This document shows positions 53,835 to 64,000 of a stretch of 64,000 bases of DNA, one piece after another. The position numbers were made by a program, and so were the translations under genes. Within the stretch, counting starts at the first letter, position 1. Every line of letters begins with the position of its first letter. The stretch is from Octopus vulgaris (lineage: Eukaryota), in assembly GCA_951406725.2 (NCBI GenBank), contig OX597819.1, forward strand, positions 132,618,001-132,682,000, read 5' to 3'. A model generated the notes under the pieces. It did not search any database. It had not been told where the DNA came from and saw only the letters and a program-made list of their open reading frames with translations.

Positions 53835-56696
53835 TAGATGCAAAATGCTGTCCCTCATCCCTGGGTCTCGCCGGCCCACGGCCTCAGAGTTGGCACAGTT
53901 CGTGTTGGTACATTGAAAGGGAGGTCTGGTGAGATTGTTAAGATGTTTGAACGGAGGCGTGTAGATTTGTGTTGCATCCAAGAGGTAAGGTGGAGTGGAG
54001 GTTCTGGAAGGTTCCTCACAGGCAAAGAAAATAGGTCTAAGATCTTTTGGATAGGAAACAGTGATGGGGTTGGGGGCGTGGGTATACTCCTTGCTGAGAA
54101 ATGGGTTGAGAAGATAATCGGGGTGGTCAGATTTTGTGATAGAATACTTTAGCATAGACTCGTCCTGCAACATAGAATAGCAACCATCATCTCGGATTAT
54201 ACCCGTCAGCCAGGTCAACCTGATAAACGGATTTTATGACACGCTCTAGCAGACTACTTCGTCAACAAATGACAGGGACCGTCTCTTTGTGACTGGCGAC
54301 TTCAGTGGACATATTGGACAACATCCGGGGAGCTTCCATGGTGTGCATAGTGGAAACGGATTGGGTTCCTGAAATGTGTCCGTAACGAAGATGGTTCTCT
54401 TGCAGTTAATGATGCTGCAAAGACATGGAGACGACTCTGTGTAAGGTTGCTAAATGAAGAGTGTGGATGGGTGAAAGAGAGCCTGCAAAAGTTTGACCCA
54501 ACTGTGAGACCAGCTATCCGAATTGGCAGTAGCTTGGTAGATAAAACAATGAAGAAAGGGAAAAACCCCGGCCCATCAGGAATCACCACTGAGATGCTTA
54601 AAGTATCTGACATTGTAGGCTATGGTCTAGTCACCCGTATAGTTAACCAGGTATTGCACGAAGGAGTCATACCCAGCGGCTGGTGAGACAGCACTATTGT
54701 CAACGGCTACAAAGGTAAAGACGACGCCTTAGATAGAAATAATCACAGAGGTATCAAACTGTTGGATCAAGTGATGAAAGTCATGGAGAGTTAGTTTGGA
54801 TGAGATGCAGTTTGCGTTTGTGCCAAGGAGAAGCACCACTGATGCATTATTTCTGATAAGATAGCTGCAAGAGAAACACATAGCCAAAAATAAACCTTAT
54901 ACTTGACATTTGCTGAGATGGAGAAAGTTTTTGATAGGGTCCCTGATTCTTTATCTGGTAGTATTGCGGAAGCTAGGGATAGGTGGAGTGATTGGTGAGA
55001 GCTGTACAAGCCATGTACAGGGATGTTGTCAGTAAGGTGAGGGTTGGCAACGAGTATAGCGAAGAATTCAGAGTACAAGTAGGGGTTCACCAAGGATCAG
55101 GTCTCAACACCCTATTGGTAATCATAGTCCTCCAGACAATAACAGAGGAATTCAAAACAGGCTGCCCCTGGGAGTTCCTCTATGCTGATGACCTTGTTCT
55201 TATAACAGAACTAGAGAAGACGTTTCTAGCGTGGAAACAAGATCTAGAATCAAAGGGCCTTAGAGGTAACCTAGCAAAATCTAAAGTTTTAGTAAGGCAG
55301 ACAATCGCAAATCTCTTCAGGTGGACAGTCCTTCTCGATCTATAGAAAAGGTGTAGGTAGAAGCTCCATAAGATGTACCCTGTGTAAGTTATGGACACAT
55401 AAGAAGTGCAGCAATATCAGAGGAAGGTTAACAGAGAAGATAGTTTTGTGCATGGAAGGTGTACAGGTACAATAAACATTAAAAAGTACAGAAAATAGAT
55501 TCTATCACATGCCATAGGGGAGAACTAGAAGTTACCTAGGTGACCAAGTCAGTAGCAGAAGTGGATGCTCTTAGAGCATAGCTGCTAGAATAAGAATAGG
55601 CTGAGCAAAGTTCAGAGGGATCCTACCTCTGATGGTAACAAAAGGCCTCTCGCTCAGAGTGAAAGGCAGACTGTGTGATGCCTGTGTGCGAAAAGCCACG
55701 CTACACGGCTGTGAAATATGGGATGTGACTGGTGAGGACATGCGTGGGCATGTAATAAAGGAAGCTAGTATTCTCCGCTGGGTGTGCAATGTCAGTGTGA
55801 ACGCACGACAGAGTGTAAGGATCCTGAGAGAAAAGTTGGACATATGAAGCACAAGATGTGGTGTGCAAGAGAGACAACTGCATTGGTATGGCCATGTGAT
55901 GTATATGGATGAGGACAGCTGTGTGAAGAAGTGTCGCACTTTAATGGTGGAGGGAACTTGTGGAAGAGGTAGGCCCAGGAGGGCATGGAATGAAGTATTG
56001 AAGCACGATCTTCGAATGTTAGGCCTCACAGACAAGCAACCGAAACATTTGGAGATATGCCGTGCTTGAGAAAACACATCAAGTTAAGTGAGATCGTAGT
56101 AGTGGCCGATGCCGGTGTCCTGTAATTGGCCCTTTAAAAACACCCTTCAATCGTTGGGGGATCAAGGCCTTTGGAGATATGCCGCGCTTGAGAAGACCCG
56201 TCAAGTCAAGTGAGATCGTAGCTGGTTCTTTAAAAGCACCCTTCAATCGTTGGGCAATTGCTGTGCCTGTGAAGGACCTGTTGAACCGGGTACAATCGTA
56301 GTTGTGGCCGCTGCCAATGCCACCTGACTGGCACCCATGCCGGTTGCACGTAAAAAGCACCGTTCAAGGGTTGGGCCCCATAGAGCCAGTGACAGGTGAC
56401 ATAAACCCTTGGTGATATACCATGCTTGTGTAGACCTGTCAAGCCAAGTGAGACAGTAGCTGTGGCAGTTTGGTGGTGTCAGGTCAATGGCACCTGTGCC
56501 GGATGCACATAAAAAGCACCCACTACGCTCTCAGACTGGTTGGTTAGGAAGGGCGCCCAGTCGTGGAAACCTTATGACATCAGAAGGAATCTGGAGCAGC
56601 CCCCGTCTTACCAGTTTTATGTCAAACCGTCCAACCCATGCCAGCATGGAAAGAGGACGTTAAATGATGAAGATGATGTTGATGATGATGATGATG

Positions 56697-56700
<4 letters not shown>
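53835..56700 (+). mobile_element. Decayed RTE-clade LINE (endonuclease, RT, repeated 3' UTR, (GAT)n tail)
   Basis: RVGTLKG..VDLCCIQEVRW (APE), GPSG, GVHQGS, FLYADDLVL, LHWYGHV..GRGRPRRAW; many stops. Confidence 0.88.
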
Positions 56701-56768
<68 letters not shown>

Positions 56769-56796
56769 GTATGTATATATATATATATATATATCC

Positions 56797-56988
56797 GCAA
56801 AATTTGTTGGTGAAAATATGTTTGTAACATATTTCGACTGCTAAAAGGCGAATTCACTGCAGTTACCGCGGAGAAAATATCTCTCTTACGGTAAAAAGAG
56901 AGATATTTTCTCCACGGTAACTGCAGTGAATTCGCCTTTTAGCAGTCGAAATATGTTACAAACATATTCTAACTAACCAAAATTTTGC
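56797..56988. repeat. Fold-back palindrome (core 56815-56968) of pLTR-like sequence
   Basis: ~73-bp arms with one mismatch around a short loop near 56891; cGAAAtatgtt in each arm. Confidence 0.75.
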
Positions 56989-57014
56989 TTATGCCTAAAC
57001 ACTGCTTGGCGCTG

Positions 57015-57710
57015 ACATTTCGACATATATATATATAAATAAATGTATGTGTATTAATTTACTAAGCTCAGTAGTGTTGCGTTTATTTATATGTCTAAAT
57101 TTAGAATAATGGTTAGATATTGTTTTCGACAACTGAGATGAAGAACTACCCATGTAAAAAGAGACATCAGAACCTGAAGTAATTTTACATTCATAAACAG
57201 AGTTTCTAGTCTTAGAATTACTGCTTAGAAAACGAATGCCATTCGAATTTGTATCAGAAATACTGATATTGTTGTTATTGTTCAAAGAATGGTTAGTGTT
57301 AATAATATCACTCTTATTATTTTCACTAAGTGGATTTGTGTTTAACAACTTATTGCTATGCGAAGAGATGATTTGTGAAAGGTTTTGGTGTTTGAAAATC
57401 CTATTCTAATTAGGTGTGAGTTGATAATGGAATGGTATGTTGAATCTTTTGGGAAATTCTTATCTGTAGTTTCCCGAAACTGGTAAGGGAGGTTGGATTT
57501 GATCTGCTTACAATATGGAATTAACAGATTTGATCTGCTTACCATATAAAATTGATGTGCTTTGTTACTTTGTTTTCCCTTGACGAGATGATTGTATTGT
57601 TTTACATCATTTTGTTCCCTCCGGAATAATATCAACGTTTTCTTCGAAACATATGTCGGAAGTATAAAGATTTGAATAATATCTGCGTTTAACTCCATTT
57701 CTTAATTTAT
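57015..57710 (-). mobile_element. Decayed Penelope-like element (GIY-YIG region) with inverted pLTR stub at 57637-57710
   Basis: LLIPYCKQIKSNLP..IINSHLIRIGFSNTK..NSVYEC..FYMGSS matches the 21876-22667 ORF; stub gaaacatatgtcggaagt..aactccattt matches 22937-22995. Confidence 0.85.
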
Positions 57711-57714
57711 ATAT

Positions 57715-57917
57715 AAATATATTACGGAGATGTACTTGCATAGCAAATGACCTGATCTGAGGTCGCGTGCTGAAACAAAAACAATTATAGCGTGGAAGGT
57801 GTTTATAAGCCATTTAAAACACAAAATTTGTTAGGTTCACTTCAACATTTAAATTTAATTTGTCAAAATATTTTCTTCGCTTTGAGACCGCGACCTGTTC
57901 ACTGACAGAATTCCGTG

Positions 57918-57921
<4 letters not shown>
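57715..57921 (-). mobile_element. Family-H3 repeat with G3-C8 hammerhead variant (57861-57907)
   Basis: tgtca-GTGAACA-g-gtcgc(ggtctcaaa)gcgaa-GAAA-atat-TT-tgaca. Confidence 0.6.
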
Positions 57922-57971
<50 letters not shown>

Positions 57972-58169
57972 ACACACATATATAATTTATTATTATTAAA
58001 GCTGCACGTTCCCGTTCGTCGGACTATTTAGAATGGGAAATGTTTTTTTGCGATACTTTTGTGATGTTTTTGCAGTTTTAATAATAATAAAGCATATTAC
58101 TCTACCTCCGGTATTCGAGTACTATTTTCCCCAACTTGTTTCACTTTTATGTGCTTACTTTGGTATATA

Positions 58170-58277
<108 letters not shown>

Positions 58278-58404
58278 GAATGAATTATCCTAGTATTGAT
58301 AATTCGGTTAATCGATACCTGGGTAGCAAATTCACGTCAGAAAACACGGTTGAAGCTACAACATACACTTCTCTATGCATATACATAAAATGCTCGCAGG
58401 CGTT

Positions 58405-58495
<91 letters not shown>

Positions 58496-59111
58496 TTATA
58501 TATATATATGTGTGTGTGTGTGTGTATTTATATGTAGACATAAACTCCCATATATACATACATCAAATTCATAAATGCATATTAAAGAATTTTAAAAAAG
58601 CAGCTAATTTTTAGAGATAACATCAAAAACGAATTTCTCATAATTTTTCCTTTCTATTTCTTTAATACCAATAAAAACTAAACTCTTCTGATCTTGTTGG
58701 TAGACTTATGAAATGATAATTACACACTGCGTGTTTTGTAAATAGAGGTTAGAATAGAAGTCTGATATGGAAAATTTCAGATCTTAATTTATAGCATTTA
58801 AAGTCTGTACAAATTGCTTTTTACATCGAGCAGTCATTTAGATAATTTAAAGTCATTTTGATGGTTTTAAGTCAATGAATATGTTTGAGTTGTGGAGCAG
58901 AATGTGCGCAAGAAGATAAGAGAGCATGAAATGAGCGGGAAATGAGTGGAACACATTAGCATTAAAACTGGGAGAAAAATAACCTTTCGAGGGTGGACCA
59001 AGGCAGATGCGAAACACGAGCAACAACAAGTGGAAATCGGAGAAGAATGTAAGAGATATTGGATGAAAATCTGAAAAGGAAAAGGTAGAACTGTTTGAGG
59101 TCGAGGGAGAG

Positions 59112-59180
<69 letters not shown>

Positions 59181-59450
59181 GGAGAGAGAGGGAGAGAGAG
59201 AGAGGGAGAGAGAGAGAGGGAGGGAGAGAGGGAGAGAGGGAGAGAGAGAGAGAGAGAGGGAGAGAGAGAGAGAGAGTTGGTCATTCTAAGGAAAGCTACA
59301 ATCCAAAGACCTTTCATCTGTGAACTAAAATTGGGAGAATGATGCAGGAAGCAAGAGAAAACAAGAGAAATGGAAGAAGCCGCCCGCATGAGGCCGCCAC
59401 ATGAACCCATACAAGCATTTATATGTAAGTATATGTATATATATATATAT

Positions 59451-59618
59451 ACAGGAGTGGCTGTGTGGTAAGTAGCTTGCTAACCAACCACATGGTTCCG
59501 GGTTCAGTCCTACTGCGTGGCATCTTGGGCAAGTGTCTTCTGCTATAGCCCCGGGCCGACCAATGCCTTGTGAGTGGATTTGGTAGACGGAAACTGAAAG
59601 AAGCCTGTCGTATATATG

Positions 59619-59673
<55 letters not shown>

Positions 59674-59906
59674 GTGTGTGTGTGTTTGTGTGCTTGTGTT
59701 TGTCCCCCTAGCATTGCTTGACAACCGATGCTGGTGTGTTTACGTCCCCGTCACTTAGCGGTTCGGCAAAAGAGACCGATAGAATAAGTACTGGGCTTAC
59801 AAAGAATAAGTCCCGGGGTCGATTTGCTCGACTAAAGGTGGTGCTCCAGCATGGCCGCAGTCCAAATGACTGAAACAAGTAAAAGAGTAAAAAGAGTAAA
59901 AGAGTA
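59451..59906 (+). mobile_element. Complete family-A SINE
   Basis: tRNA-like head, internal (TA)/(TG) tract, 3' domain and (GTAAAAGA)n tail. Confidence 0.88.
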
Positions 59907-60121
59907 ATATGTATATATGTATGTGTGTGTGTTTGTGAGTGTGTGTTTGTGTGCGTGTGAATGTGCGTGCGTGCATGTTTGTGTGCGTGTACGTGTGTAC
60001 GCAGTGGCTGTGCCTTATAATATTCAAGCAGGCGATTTCATTTAGAAATGTCTTCAATTAAATTCATTCAAGTTGATTCGAGATTCCCGTTCAGTAATAC
60101 ACACCCACACACACACACACA

Positions 60122-60160
<39 letters not shown>

Positions 60161-60703
60161 TATGCATAAATGTGTGTACATATACATATATATATATATA
60201 AACGCACACACACATGTATATATATGTGGATATATAGTTCTATATAATAATTGCGGTAGCCATGTATTAGTCAATAGATATATATTATATATGCGGCAGC
60301 CTAATGCCTCCTTGGATACATCGTTAGATTTATACAATTATCAATCGTTTCATTATCAGATACTTACCACTTAGCGACGCCCAAACGCAACTTTATTGAA
60401 AACCAATATTTCTTTGTTCCGGTGAAATTACCATTAAATTCTAAATTAGCGAATCAGTTCAACTATCAGTTTAAAAGACTTGAAGAAAAAAAAAACAAAA
60501 CAAAACAAAATAGAGAGAAAGAAAGAGTCAAAGAAGGGGAGGAAGAGAGAGTTTGGTATCGATCTGTATATTTTCTTAATTTTTGTAGAATGTTAGAAAA
60601 TTTTGATTGAATAAATAAAAGTATAATTAACTAAAGCTAAATTAAAAAAGAAAATATATCAAGTCAACGCTGTCTATCTCTCTTTTTCTCCCTCTATACA
60701 CAC

Positions 60704-60745
<42 letters not shown>

Positions 60746-60984
60746 GCACACACACACACACACAGACACACACACAGACACACACACACCACAGCATGGT
60801 CAGTCATATGTGTGCGTCTGTGTAAATGCGCTCAACTTACCTATTTCTCCGCAGATCTGGAAAAAACCTTAATGAGCTGTCTTAATCGGTTTTCAACCGC
60901 TTTAGGGTCTTATATGAAATGTGTGCTTCACTTCGAGAAACAGGCAGCTAATCCGTCTATATACTCATTAAATCAAGGGGCTTC

Positions 60985-61500
60985 ATTCGTCTGCCTTTAC
61001 GTTCTGAGTTCAAATTCCGCCGACCCTTTCGGGGGGGGGGGGTCGATTAAATAAGTACCAGTTACGCACTGGGGTCGATGTAATCGACTTAATCCCTTTG
61101 TTCTTGTTTGTCCCCTCCATGTTCAGTCCCGTGTAGGCAATAAAGAAATAAAAGAAATAAATCTAGGGGTTTCAGAAAATTGGGGCAACTAATTTGCATA
61201 CCCCAAATGTTTAACGTGGAGGCACATAGCCTAGTGGTTAGAGCAGTAAAGTCGCGGTCGAGGCATCGTGGGTTCGTATCTCAGACCGGGTGATGTGTGT
61301 GTTTATGAGCGAAGCACCTAAGCCTCACATGGATCTGGCAGAAGGTAATGGCGAACTTCTGCTGACTCTTTTGCCACAACTTTCTCTCACTCTCTCCTCC
61401 TGCATCTTGCAGCTCACCTGTCCAGGTGGGGAACCTATACGCCAATGAAACCGGGAAACCGGCGCTTATGAGCCAGGCATGGCTCGAGAAGGAACAAACA
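60985..61500 (+). mobile_element. Family-B SINE fragment (60985-61150) and family-C SINE (61217-61500)
   Basis: Matches 63089-63300 and the 7578/38650 copies respectively. Confidence 0.7.
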
Positions 61501-61628
61501 GCAACTGCTTACCACTTTCATATCCACGACCTGACAACGGGGAGCTCCGTGCAGGAGCACGCAGCGGGCTTACAAACATATCAAATTTACATATATCCAC
61601 ATACATTGGGAAAATATCCATCCATCTA

Positions 61629-62121
<493 letters not shown>

Positions 62122-62155
62122 TATTATATGTGTTAGTAATGTGTTAATTGGATAG

Positions 62156-62352
<197 letters not shown>

Positions 62353-62354
62353 GC

Positions 62355-62535
62355 CATGATAGATCGTTAGCCACTACACACATTTTTTTCTCTCCTTGTT
62401 TTTTCCTGTGTCTCTTTCTGTAGAAGAGCGTAGGCTCGAAACGTAAAAGACTTTTCTATTCCTGAGCGTTATACTAATACATCTGTTTGTTTTGTACACC
62501 ACCTGTCTTTGTCTTTCGTTTTTTTCGTAAACTAT

Positions 62536-62539
<4 letters not shown>
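62355..62539 (+). mobile_element. Solo pLTR of family H1 with minimal hammerhead at 62413-62450
   Basis: tcttt-CTGTAGA-A-gagc(gtag)gctc-GAAA-cg-TA-aaaga; between (TCTA)n and (TA)n. Confidence 0.72.
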
Positions 62540-62614
<75 letters not shown>

Positions 62615-63088
62615 AGAAGGAAGAGCTATTTTCATCGTACTTGTGTCTATGGCGAAAGGATGCGTATGGTGGACGCGACTGAAAGTTCTAGAGACAAACA
62701 CTTTCCTCTCTGGTTAATCTTTCACCAACTTCTTCAAGTATGACTTGAAGAGGATGGTGGGAATAGAGGGGAAAGTTTTGTCTAGTGTATGTTTCAAAAA
62801 AAGGTGGGTGTGTCCAATTTTCACAACCGGGTGCCGTTGAGGAGCGTCTAGTTAGAATTGTACAGGAAACAATTTCAGTTTCCATTTAAACCTGATTCTC
62901 TTGCTGTGTATAATGAATGTATTAAAAATCAGTGAAGAACTTCGAGAAGATCTTTTTCTGAAGTTCCGTTCATTACTATTGATTTCTAAGAGAGATGCAA
63001 GAATTACCAATTTTGGCGAGAGAATAGCGTTGATTTGATTAACGCCAACACTTAACCTTCAAGACATCAATATTACTTACATTACTGA

Positions 63089-63300
63089 GGCGGCGAACTG
63101 GCAGAAACGTTTGGATGCTGGGCGAAATGCTTAGCGGCATTTTGCCTGTCTTCGTGTTCTGAATTCAAATTCCGCCGAGGTCGACTTTGCGTTTCACCCT
63201 TTTCGGTGTTCGATAAAATAAGTATCAGTCGAGTACTGGGGGGTCGATGTAATCGACTCCCCCCTTCCCCCTAAATTGCTGGCCTTGTGCCAAAATTTGT
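63089..63300 (+). mobile_element. Family-B (Meta-domain-like) SINE
   Basis: ggcggcgaactggcagaa...ttcaaattccgccgaggtcgactttgc...cgataaaataagtatcag. Confidence 0.75.
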
Positions 63301-63650
63301 GACTGATATCTCTTTCTGCCATGAACTTGGCGTTTCGGTAGAATCATTAGGGTAGTGATGAAACATGCTATGTGGTATTTAGATGTGAAACTCTACGGTC
63401 AGTGTTCGAATCACAACGAGCTCGAGTGTTGGTTTCATTCTTTCGAGGTCGGTCACATATCGTGTAGAAAACAAATCTAAGAAATATACTTCGGAATTAC
63501 GTGGGCGCTTTTTTTTTTTCGTATTAAATTATTGTACCTCGTGCTGACCACTCCCTCAGTAAGCGAAAAGTGCGCTGTAATCTGTGTACATATATATATA
63601 TACGTGCAACCTGACACACATACATACGCACACAAAAATTCTTACAAAAA

Positions 63651-63723
<73 letters not shown>

Positions 63724-64000
63724 AAATCTCATTGCTGGAATTTATATATGAAAAGCAATACGTGTTACATGTTAAACTTTAGAAAAATCTTTCATATTTT
63801 TACTGTTCCTCTCACGGATGGTATTTGCAAAGTGCGTGTTAGCCAGTCTGTTTCTTTGCCTGAGAATCCTCACTTCTCCAGATTATCACTTAAAAAATTT
63901 ACCGACAAAACGAGTGTGACAATAATTACTGGTATAAAAGCGAATTTATTATCAGAGCAGCGAAGCTGTAGGTTTCGAAACTGTTGTCTATAAATATTCT

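Noticed and set aside
56046-56525. Three ~110-bp imperfect direct repeats, superficially array-like
   Set aside because: Internal duplications in the RTE 3' UTR; no repeat-spacer regularity, eukaryotic context, not CRISPR

Overview
Repeat-dominated, AT-rich eukaryotic DNA with no convincing intact host gene. The SINE families and extreme (TA)n/(CA)n/(TATG)n/(TCTA)n microsatellite load suggest an octopod cephalopod (inference). Almost all ORFs in the supplied track are microsatellite translation artefacts. The real coding remnants are transposons: a full-length but disrupted mariner (9378-10672), several Tc1/mariner relics, a 5'-truncated CR1-like LINE (18421-20833), RTE-type LINEs, R4/Dong-like (restriction-like endonuclease) LINE ends, a Helitron-like element, and at least three Penelope-like elements (RT and/or GIY-YIG). 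The most interesting layer is non-coding. About 15 type-I hammerhead-ribozyme-like motifs from at least 7 sequence families can be read by eye, nearly all beside (TA)n tracts. They include core variants (extra A after A9, A6U, U4C, a compensatory G3-C8 pair) and very long stem II arms. One family is a young, highly structured 491-bp unit present as circularly permuted tandem and inverted copies (13557-14824), resembling a retrozyme/circular-RNA element. Several fold-back palindromes turn around inside a hammerhead stem II, hinting at hairpin-primed copying. All structures were paired by eye, no folding or database search was run, and boundaries are approximate unless stated.
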